Below are positions 37,101 to 48,410 of a stretch of 63,167 nucleotides of DNA, piece by piece. The translations under genes and the position numbers were made by a program. The stretch spans positions 1 through 63,167 of the forward strand of contig JAUCBJ010007440.1 in NCBI GenBank assembly GCA_032718475.1. Reading direction: 5' to 3'. The notes beneath the pieces are model-generated. The model did no database searches. It was not told the origin of the DNA and saw only the letters and a program-made list of their open reading frames with translations. Position 1 is the stretch's first letter. Every line of letters begins with the position of its first letter. The stretch comes from Nemertoderma westbladi (Eukaryota; Animalia; Xenacoelomorpha).

Positions 37101-40100
37101 TTCCGTGCCGGATATTTGTTATTTATTTTGCTTGCTCTCTCACTTTCGTGCCGGATATTTGTTATTTATTTTGCTCGCTCTCTCACTTCCGTGCCGGATA
37201 TTTGTTATTTATTTTGCTTGCTCTCTCACTTCCGTGCCGGATATTTGTTATTTATTTTGCTTGCTCTCTCACTTCCGTGCCGGATATTTGTTATTTATTT
37301 TGCTTGCTCTTCCACTTCCGTTCCGGGTATTTGTTATTTATTTTGCTCGCTCTCTCACTTCCGTGCCGGATATTTGTTATTTATTTTGCTTGCTCTCTCA
37401 CTTCCGTGCCGGATATTTGTTATTTATTTTGCTTGCTCTCTCACTTCCGTGCCGGATATTTGTTATTTATTTTGCTTGCTCTTCCACTTCCGTTCCGGGT
37501 ATTTGTTGTTTATTTTGCTCGCTCTCTCACTTCCGTGCCGGATATTTGTTATTTATTTTACTTGGCTTGCTCTCTCACTTCCGTGCCGGATATTTGTTAT
37601 TTATTTTGCTTGCTCTCTCACTTCCGTGCCGGATATTTGTTATTTATTTTGCTTGCTCTTCCACTTCCGTTCCGGGTATTTGTTGTTTATTTTGCTCGCT
37701 CTCTCACTTCCGTGCCGGATATTTGTTATTTATTTTGCTTGGCTTGCTCTCTCACTTCCGTGCCGGATATTTGTTATTTATTTTGCTTGGCTTGCTCTCT
37801 CACTTCCGTGCCGGATATTTGTTATTTATTTTGCTTGCTCTTCCACTTCCGTTCCGGGTATTTGTTGTTTATTTTGCTCGCTCTCTCACTTCCGTGCCGG
37901 ATATTTGTTATTTATTTTGCTTGGCTTGCTCTCTCACTTCCGTGCCGGATATTTGTTATTTATTTTGCTTGCTCTCTCACTTCCGTGCCGGATATTTGTT
38001 ACTTATTTTGCTCGCTCTCTCACTTCCGTGCCGGATATTTGTTATTTATTTTGCTTGGCTTGCTCTCTCACTTCCGTGCCGGATATTTGTTATTTATTTT
38101 GCTTGCTCTCTCACTTCCGTGCCGGATATTTGTTATTTATTTTGCTTGCTCTTTCACTTCCGTGCCGGATATTTGTTATTTATTTTGCTTGCTCTTTCAC
38201 TTCCGTTCCGGATATTTGTTATTTATTTTGCTCGCTCTCTCACTTCTGTGACGGATATTAGTTATTTATTTTGCTTGCTCTCTCACTTCCGTGCCGGATA
38301 TTTGTTATTTATTTTGCTTGCTCTCTCACTTCCGTGCCGGATATTTGTTATTTATTTTGCTTGCTCTTTCACTTCCGTGCCGGATATTTGTTATTTATTT
38401 TGCTTGCTCTTTCACTTCCGTTCCGGATATTTGTTATTTATTTTGCTCGCTCTCTCACTTCTGTGACGGATATTTGTTATTTATTTTGCTTGCTCTCTCA
38501 CTTCCGTGCCGGATATTTGTTATTTATTTTGCTTGCTCTTCCACTTCCGTTCCGGGTATTTGTTATTTATTTTGCTCGCTCTCTCACTTCCGTGCCGGTT
38601 ATTTGTTATTTATTTTGCTTGCTCTCTCACTTCCGTGCCGGATATTTGTTATTTATTTTGCTTGCTCTCTCACTTCCGTGCCGGATATTTGTTATTTATT
38701 TTGCTTGCTCTTCCACTTCCGTTCCGGGTATTTGTTGTTTATTTTGCTCGCTCTCTCACTTCCGTGCCGGATATTTGTTACTTATTTTGCTCGCTCTCTC
38801 ACTTCCGTGCCGGATATTTGTTATTTATTTTGCTTGGCTTGCTCTCTCACTTCCGTGCCGGATATTTGTTATTTATTTTGCTTGCTCTCTCACTTCCGTG
38901 CCGGATATTTGTTATTTATTTTGCTTGCTCTTTCACTTCCGTGCCGGATATTTGTTATTTATTTTGCTTGCTCTTTCACTTCCGTTCCGGATATTTGTTA
39001 TTTATTTTGCTCGCTCTCTCACTTCTGTGACGGATATTAGTTATTTATTTTGCTTGCTCTCTCACTTCCGTGCCGGATATTTGTTATTTATTTTGCTTGC
39101 TCTCTCACTTCCGTGCCGGATATTTGTTATTTATTTTGCTTGCTCTTTCACTTCCGTGCCGGATATTTGTTATTTATTTTGCTTGCTCTTTCACTTCCGT
39201 TCCGGATATTTGTTATTTATTTTGCTCGCTCTCTCACTTCTGTGACGGATATTTGTTATTTATTTTGCTCGCTCTCTCACTTCTGTGACGGATATTAGTT
39301 ATTTATTTTGCTTGCTCTTTCACTTCCGTGCCGGATATTTGTTATTTATTTTGCTTGCTCTTTCACTTCCGTTCCGGATATTTGTTATTTATTTTGCTCG
39401 CTCTCTCACTTCTGTGACGGATATTTGTTATTTATTTTGCTTGCTCTCTCACTTCCGTGCCGGATATTTGTTATTTATTTTGCTTGCTCTTTCACTTCCG
39501 TGCCGGATATTTGTTATTTATTTTGCTTGCTCTTTCACTTCCGTTCCGGATATTTGTTATTTATTTTGCTCGCTCTCTCACTTCTGTGACGGATATTTGT
39601 TATTTATTTTGCTTGCTCTCTCACTTCCGTGCCGGATATTTTTTATTTATTTTGCTTGCTCTCTCACTTCCGTGCCGAATATTTGTTATTTATTTTGCTC
39701 ACTCTCTCACTTCTGTGACGGATATTTGTTATTTATTTTGCTTGCTCTCTCACTTCCGTGCCAGATATTTGTTATTTATTTTGCTTGCTCTTTCACTTCC
39801 GTTCCGGATATTTGTTATTTATTTTGCTCGCTCTCTCACTTCTGTGACGGATATTTGTTATTTATTTTGCTTGCTCTCTCACTTCCGTGCCGGATATTTG
39901 TTATTTATTTTGCTCGCTCTCTCACTTCTGTGACGGATATTTGTTATTTATTTTGCTTGCTCTCTCACTTCCGTGCCGGATATTTGTTATTTATTTTGCT
40001 TGCTCTCTCACTTCCGTGCCGGATATTTGTTATTTATTTTGCTTGCTCTCTCACTTCCGTGCCGGATATTTGTTATTTATTTTGCTTGCTCTTCCACTTC

Positions 40101-43100
40101 CGTTCCGGGTATTTGTTGTTTATTTTGCTCGCTCTCTCACTTCCGTGCCGGATATTTTTTACTTATTTTGCTCGCTCTCTCACTTCCGTGCCGGATATTT
40201 GTTATTTATTTTGCTTGGCTTGCTCTCTCACTTCCGTGCCGGATATTTGTTATTTATTTTGCTTGCTCTCTCACTTCCGTGCCGGATATTTGTTATTTAT
40301 TTTGCTTGCTCTTTCACTTCCGTGCCGGATATTTGTTATTTATTTTGCTTGCTCTTTCACTTCCGTTCCGGATATTTGTTATTTATTTTACTCGCTCTCT
40401 CACTTCTGTGACGGATATTAGTTATTTATTTTGCTTGCTCTCTCACTTCCGTGCCGGATATTTGTTATTTATTTTGCTTGCTCTCTCACTTCCGTGCCGG
40501 ATATTTGTTATTTATTTTGCTTGCTCTTTCACTTCCGTGCCGGATATTTGTTATTTATTTTGCTTGCTCTTTCACTTCCGTTCCGGATATTTGTTATTTA
40601 TTTTGCTCGCTCTCTCACTTCTGTGACGGATATTTGTTATTTATTTTGCTTGCTCTCTCACTTCTGTGACGGATATTAGTTATTTATTTTGCTTGCTCTT
40701 TCACTTCCGTGCCGGATATTTGTTATTTATTTTGCTTGCTCTTTCACTTCCGTTCCGGATATTTGTTATTTATTTTGCTCGCTCTCTCACTTCTGTGACG
40801 GATATTTGTTATTTATTTTGCTTGCTCTCTCACTTCCGTGCCGGATATTTGTTATTTATTTTGCTTGCTCTTTCACTTCCGTGCCGGATATTTGTTATTT
40901 ATTTTGCTTGCTCTTTCACTTCCGTTCCGGATATTTGTTATTTATTTTGCTCGCTCTCTCACTTCTGTGATGGATATTTGTTATTTATTTTGCTTGCTCT
41001 CTCACTTCCGTGCCGGATATTTTTTATTTATTTTGCTTGCTCTCTCACTTCCGTGCCGAATATTTGTTATTTATTTTGCTCGCTCTCTCACTTCTGTGAC
41101 GGATATTTGTTATTTATTTTGCTTGCTCTCTCACTTCCGTGCCAGATATTTTTTATTTATTTTGCTTGCTCTCTCACTTCCGTGCCGAATATTTGTTATT
41201 TATTTTGCTTGCTCTTTCACTTCCGTTCCGGATATTTGTTATTTATTTTGCTCGCTCTCTCACTTCTGTGACGGATATTTGTTATTTATTTTGCTTGCTC
41301 TCTCACTTCCGTGCCGGATATTTTTTATTTATTTTGCTTGCTCTCTCACTTCCGTGCCGGATATTTGTTATTTATTTTGCTTGCCCCCCCACTTCCGTGT
41401 CGGATATTTGTTATTTATTTTGCTTGCTCTCTCACTTCCGTGCTGGATATTTGTTATTTATTTTGCTTGCTCTTTCACTTCCGTTCCGGATATTTGTTAT
41501 TTATTTTGCTTGCTCTCTCACTTCCGTGCCGGATATTTGTTATTTATTTTGCTTGCTCTTTCACTTCCGTGCCGGATATTTGTTATTTATTTTGCTTGCT
41601 CTCTCACTTCCGTGCCGGATATTTGTTATTTATTTTGCTTGCTCTCTCACTTCCGTGCCAGATATTTGTTATTTATTTTGCTTGCTCTTTCACTTCCGTG
41701 CCGGATATTTGTTATTTATTTTGCTTGCTCTCTCACTTCCGTCCCGAATATTTGTTATTTAATTTGCTTGCTCTCTCACTTCCGTGCCGGATATTTGTTA
41801 TTTATTTTGCTTGCTCTCTCACTTCCGTGCCGGATATTTGTTATTTATTTTGCTTGCTATCTCACTTCCGTGCCGGATATTTGTTATTTATTTTGCTTGC
41901 TATCTCACTTCCGTGCCGGATATTTGTTATTTATTTTGCTTGCTCTCTCACTTCCGTGCCGGATATTTGTTATTTATTTTGCTTGCTATCTCACTTCCGT
42001 GCCGGATATTTGTTATTTATTTTGCTTGCTATCTCACTTCCGTGCCGGATATTTGTTATTTATTTTGCTTGCTCTCTCACTTCTGTGTCGGGTATTTGTT
42101 ATTTATTTTGCTTGCTCTCTCACTTCCGTGCAAGATATTTGTTATTTATTTTGCTTGCTTTCTCACTTCCGTGACGGATATTTGTTATTTATTTTGCTTG
42201 CTCTCTCACTTCTGTGCCGGAGATTTGTTATTTATTTTGCTTGCTCTCTCACTTCCGTGACGGGTATTTGTTATTTATTTTGCTCGCTCTCTCACTTCCG
42301 TGCCGGATATTTGTTATTTATTTGGCTTGCTATCTCACTTCCGTGCCGGATATTTGTTATTTATTTTGCTCGCTCTCTCACTTCTGTGTCGGGTATTTGT
42401 TATTTATTTTGCTTGCTCTCTCACTTCCGTGCCGGACATTTGTTATTTATTTTGCTTGCTATCTCACTTCCGTGCCGGATATTTGTTATTTATTTTGCTC
42501 GCTCTCTCACTTCTGTGTCGGGTATTTGTTATTTATTTTGCTTGCTCTCTCACTTCCGTGCCGGATATTTGTTATTTATTTTGCTTGCTATCTCACTTCC
42601 GTGCCGGATATTTGTTATTTATTTTGCTCGCTCTCTCACTTCTGTGTCGGGTATTTGTTATTTATTTTGCTTGCTCTCTCACTTCCGTGCCGGATATTTG
42701 TTATTTATTTTGCTTGCTCTCTCACTTCTGTGCCGGGTATTTGTTATTTATTTTGCTTGCTCTCTCACTTCTGTGTCGGGTATTTGTTATTTATTTTGCT
42801 TGCTCTCTCACTTCCGTGCCGGATATTTGTTATTTATTTTGCTTGCTCTCTCACTTCTGTGTCGGGTATTTGTTATTTATTTTGCTTGCTCTCTCACTTC
42901 CGTGCCGGATATTTGTTATTTATTTTGCTTGCTATCTCACTTCCGTGCCGGATATTTGTTATTTATTTTGCTTGCTCTCTCACTTCTGTGCCGGGTATTT
43001 GTTATTTATTTTGCTTGCTCTCTCACTTCTGTGTCGGGTATTTGTTATTTATTTTGCTTGCTCTCTCACTTCTGTGTCGGGTATTTGTTATTTATTTTGC

Positions 43101-46100
43101 TTGCTCTCTCACTTCTGTGTCGGGTATTTGTTATTTATTTTGCTTGCTCTCTCACTTCCGTGCCGGATATTTGTTATTTATTTTGCTTGCTCTCTCACTT
43201 CTGTGTCGGGTATTTGTTATTTATTTTGCTTGCTCTCTCACTTCCGTGCAAGATATTTGTTATTTATTTTGCTTGCTCTCTCACTTCTGTGTCGGGTATT
43301 TGTTATTTATTTTGCGTGCTCTCTCACTTCTGTGTCGGGTATTTGTTATTTATTTTGCTTGCTCTCTCACTTCCGTGCCGGATATTTGTTATTTATTTTG
43401 CTTGCTCTCTCACTTCTGTGTCGGGTATTTGTTATTTATTTTGCTTGCTCTCTCTCTTCTGTGTCGGGTATTTGTTATTTATTTTGCTTGCTCTCTCACT
43501 TCCGTGCCGGATATTTGTTATTTATTTTGCTTGCTCTCTCACTTCTGTGTCGGGTATTTGTTATTTATTTTGCTTGCTCTCTCACTTCTGTGTCGGGTAT
43601 TTGTTATTTATTTTGCTCGCTCTCTCACTTCTGTGTCGGGTATTTGTTATTTATTTTGCTTGCTCTCTCACTTCTGTGTCGGGTATTTGTTATTTATTTT
43701 GCTTGCTCTCTCACTTCTGTGTCGGGTATTTGTTATTTATTTTGCTTGCTCTCTCACTTCCGTGCAAGATATTTGTTATTTATTTTGCTTGCTTTCTCAC
43801 TTCCGTGACGGGTATTTGTTATTTATTTTGCTCGCTCTCTCACTTCCGTGACGGGTATTTGTTATTTATTTTGCTCGCTATCTCACTTCCGTGCCGGATA
43901 TTTGTTATTTATTTTGCTTGCTATCTCACTTCCGTGCCGGATATTTGTTATTTATTTTGCTCGCTCTCTCACTTCTGTGACGGATATTAGTTATTTATTT
44001 TGATTGCTCTCTCACTTCCGTGCCGGATATTTGTTATTTATTTTGCTTGCTCTCTCACTTCTGTGTCGGATATTTGTTATTTATTTTGCTTGCTCTCTCA
44101 CTTCTGTGTCGGGTATTTGTTATTTATTTTGCTTGCTCTCTCACTTCCGTGCCGGATATTTGTTATTTATTTTGCTCGCTCTCTCACTTCTGTGACGGAT
44201 ATTAGTTATTTATTTTGCTTGCTCTCTCACTTCCGTGCAAGATATTTGTTATTTATTTTGCTTGCTCTCTCACTTCCGTGCCGGATATTTGTTATTTATT
44301 TTGCTTGCTCTCTCACTTCCGTGCCGGATATTTGTTATTTATTTTGCTTGCTCTCTCACTTCCGTGCCGGATATTTGTTATTTATTTTGCTTGCTCTCTC
44401 ACTTCTGTGCCGGATATTTGTTATTTATTTTGCTTGCTCTCTCACTTCCGTGCCGGATATTTGTTATTTATTTTGCTTGCTCTCTCACTTCCGTGCCGGA
44501 TATTTGTTATTTAATTTGCTTGCTATCTCACTTCCGTGCCGGATATTTGTTATTTATTTTGCTCGCTCTCTCACTTCTGTGACGGATATTAGTTATTTAT
44601 TTTGCTTGCTCTTTCACTTCCGTGCCGGATATTTGTTATTTATTTTGCTTGCTCTCTCACTTCCGTGCAAGATATTTGTTATTTATTTTGCTTGCTCTCT
44701 CACTTCCGTGCAAGATATTTGTTATTTATTTTGCTTGCTCTCTCACTTCCGTGCCGGATATTTGTTATTTATTTTGCTTGCTCTCTCACTTCTGTGCCGG
44801 ATATTTGTTATTTATTTTGCTTGCTCTCTCACTTCCGTGCAAGATATTTGTTATTTATTTTGCTTGCTCTCTCACTTCCGTGCCGGATATTTGTTATTTA
44901 TTTTGCTTGCTCTCTCACTTCCGTGCCGGATATTTGTTATTTATTTTGCTTGCTCTCTCACTTCTGTGTCGGGTATTTGTTATTTATTTTGCTTGCTCTC
45001 TCACTTCCGTGCCGGATATTTGTTATTTATTTTGCTTGCTCTCTCACTTCTGTGTCGGGTATTTGTTATTTATTTTGCTTGCTCTCTCACTTCCGTGCAA
45101 GATATTTGTTATTTATTTTGCTTGCTCTCTCACTTCCGTGCCGGATATTTGTTATTTATTTTGCTTGCTCTCTCACTTCCGTGCCGGATATTTGTTATTT
45201 ATTTTGCTTGCTCTCTCACTTCTGTGTCGGGTATTTGTTATTTATTTTGCTTGCTCTCTCACTTCCGTGCAAGATATTTGTTATTTATTTTGCTTGCTCT
45301 CTCACTTCTGTGCCGGGTATTTGTTATTTATTTTGCTTGCTCTCTCACTTCTGTGTCGGGTATTTGTTATTTATTTTGCTTGCTCTCTCACTTCCGTGCA
45401 AGATATTTGTTATTTATTTTGCTTGCTTTCTCACTTCCGTGACGGATATTTGTTATTTATTTTGCTTGCTCTCTCACTTCCGTGCAAGATATTTGTTATT
45501 TATTTTGCTTGCTCTCTCACTTCCGTGCCGGATATTTGTTATTTATTTTGCTTGCTCTCTCACTTCTGTGCCGGATATTTGTTATTTATTTTGCTTGCTC
45601 TCTCACTTCCGTGCAAGATATTTGTTATTTATTTTGCTTGCTCTCTCACTTCCGTGCCGGATATTTGTTATTTATTTTGCTTGCTCTCTCACTTCCGTGC
45701 TGGATATTTGTTATTTATTTTGCTTGCTCTCTCACTTCTGTGTCGGGTATTTGTTATTTATTTTGCTTGCTCTCTCACTTCCGTGCCGGATATTTGTTAT
45801 TTATTTTGCTTGCTCTCTCACTTCTGTGTCGGGTATTTGTTATTTATTTTGCTTGCTCTCTCACTTCCGTGCAAGATATTTGTTATTTATTTTGCTTGCT
45901 CTCTCACTTCCGTGCCGGATATTTGTTATTTATTTTGCTTGCTCTCTCACTTCCGTGCCGGATATTTGTTATTTATTTTGCTTGCTCTCTCACTTCTGTG
46001 TCGGGTATTTGTTATTTATTTTGCTTGCTCTCTCACTTCCGTGCAAGATATTTGTTATTTATTTTGCTTGCTCTCTCACTTCTGTGCCGGGTATTTGTTA

Positions 46101-47086
46101 TTTATTTTGCTTGCTCTCTCACTTCTGTGTCGGGTATTTGTTATTTATTTTGCTTGCTCTCTCACTTCCGTGCAAGATATTTGTTATTTATTTTGCTTGC
46201 TCTCTCACTTCCGTGCCGGATATTTGTTATTTATTTTGCTTGCTCTCTCACTTCTGTGCCGGATATTTGTTATTTATTTTGCTTGCTCTCTCACTTCCGT
46301 GCAAGATATTTGTTATTTATTTTGCTTGCTCTCTCACTTCCGTGCCGGATATTTGTTATTTATTTTGCTCGCTCTCTCACTTCTGTGTCGGGTATTTGTT
46401 ATTTATTTTGCTCGCTCTCTCACTTCTGTGTCGGGTATTTGTTATTTATTTTGCTTGCTCTCTCACTTCCGTGCAAGATATTTGTTATTTATTTTGCTTG
46501 CTTTCTCACTTCCGTGACGGGTATTTGTTATTTATTTTGCTTGCTCTCTCACTTCTGTGTCGGGTATTTGTTATTTATTTTGCTTGCTTTCTCACTTCCG
46601 TGACGGGTATTTGTTATTTATTTTGCTTGCTCTCTCACTTCTGTGTCAGTTATTTGTTATTTATTTTGCTCGCTCTCTCACTTCTGTGTCGGGTATTTGT
46701 TATTTATTTTGCTTGCTCTCTCACTTCCGTGCCGGATATTTGTTATTTATTTTGCTCGCTCTCTCACTTCTGTGCCGGGTATTTGTTATTTATTTTGCTT
46801 GCTCTCTCACTTCTGTGTCGGGTATTTGTTATTTATTTTGCTTGCTTTCTCACTTCCGTGACGGGTATTTGTTATTTATTTTGCTTGCTCTCTCACTTCT
46901 GTGTCGGGTATTTGTTATTTATTTTGCTCGCTCTCTCACTTCTGTGTCGGGTATTTGTTATTTATTTTGCTTGCTCTCTCACTTCCGTGCCGGATATTTG
47001 TTATTTATTTTGCTCGCTCTCTCACTTCTGTGTCGGGTATTTGTTATTTATTTTGCTTGCTCTCTCACTTCCGTGCCGGATATTTG
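16163..47086. repeat. 43-bp satellite DNA array, ~30.9 kb, ~715-720 head-to-tail monomers
   Basis: Consensus GGATATTTGTTATTTATTTTGCTTGCTCTCTCACTTCCGTGCC, uninterrupted and in one orientation. Minor 45-, 46- and 48-bp variants. Confidence 0.99.
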
Positions 47087-47764
47087 ATCAATCCAAACAA
47101 CACTGTTTGTAGGAAATGTACCAATTCCTCCCACAATTCTAAACGAAATAAAGCGCAATTCGACAATTATGATCAGTCATTCTAGAATTAATTTCACTGT
47201 TGCTAGGCAACCAACAGGTCCCTTACAACTAAAACCTTGCATACACAACTACTCTAACTCCGATAATGAAACTATCTTCAAAGTTTCACCCAATTCCATC
47301 CACGTTAAGTGCCAGAAGTTGTGTATACAAACAAACACACAAACTCGTGTGAGAAATAAGGACATCCAACTTGAATCCGTCCAATCCGTCCATGTTTTCG
47401 ACAACAGTGTAGGTGAATCAGAATGTTTGACTGACTTGGGGATGCAATTACAAAACAGGGATAAAGATTACAAGCTAAAGCCTCTCCCTTCCATTGTCAC
47501 TCTGCCTGCCTACCTATTCCAAATATTTTATTGTTTGCGTTCTCAGGTAATATAGATCTAATAATGAATGTAAATAACATTTATTTCCACACAGGCTGTT
47601 AATGACACTAGTGAATGTCATTTAGCTCGCAGGCTCGCCCCATATTGTTAACATTCTTCTGCTAGGGAATTATTATGTTATAGCAAGAGCCTTGCAAAAT
47701 AAATAGCTCTGATTGGCTAATCCATTTGCCTTCAGTTATCTGCCGCCACAACGATTCCCCGTAT

Positions 47765-48058
47765 ACTTAGTTCCAATTTAAGCCTCATGCGAATTTAGTT
47801 CCAATGCATGCGAATTTAGTTCCAATGGATGCGAATTTAGTTCCAATGGATGCGAACTTAGTTCCAATGCATGCGAATTTAGTTCCAATGCATGCCAATT
47901 TAGTTCCAATGGATGCGAATTTAGTTCCAATGGATGCGAACTTAGTTCCAATGGATGCGAACTTAGTTCCAATGTATGCGAACTTAGTTCCAATGCAAGC
48001 GAATTTAGTTCCAATGGAAGCGAATTTAGTTCCAATGGAAGCGAATTTAGTTCCAATG
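47765..48058 (+). repeat. 21-bp minisatellite (left arm), about 13-14 copies
   Basis: Unit GCGAA(T/C)TTAGTTCCAATG(G/C)AT; gives the ANLVPMD/ELNSHPL pseudo-ORFs. Confidence 0.95.
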
Positions 48059-48410
48059 TTTCAGGTGTGGGACGAGCCACGTAGTTGGCGAAGAATCTGT
48101 TTAATGACACTACTATTAGTTGGACGGTTAAATTATAATTGTAAATAGCTAACCCAAAACGCCCAACCTCCTAACCAAAACAATCTTATCCCAAACAACG
48201 CCCAACCTCTTTACCCAAACAATTCAATTGAATTTATTTATATTTAATCAATTAAAATGATATTCATTGTAAAAAACAACGCCCATGCTCTTAAACCCAA
48301 ACAACGCCCATCCACCTAATCCGAAACAACTGGTAAATATTGTATTTGGTGTGAAAATGGCACAATGTGCATGACTAGTATATAATACTACAGACTCAGT
48401 CAGTCAGTAT

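Noticed and set aside
16163-47086. CRISPR-like or RT-associated spacer array (constant part plus variable part)
   Set aside because: The variable part is a few point variants of one sequence, not unique spacers. No cas genes or leader, and the context is eukaryotic.
15985-47185. Dozens of long hydrophobic ORFs as membrane-protein genes
   Set aside because: They overlap in all three frames, mostly start at GTG/TTG, and are translations of the 43-bp monomer.
47778-48148. Repeat proteins (ANLVPMD)n / (ELNSHPL)n, and likewise ORFs at 50989-51479
   Set aside because: Translations of the 21-bp minisatellite on both strands.
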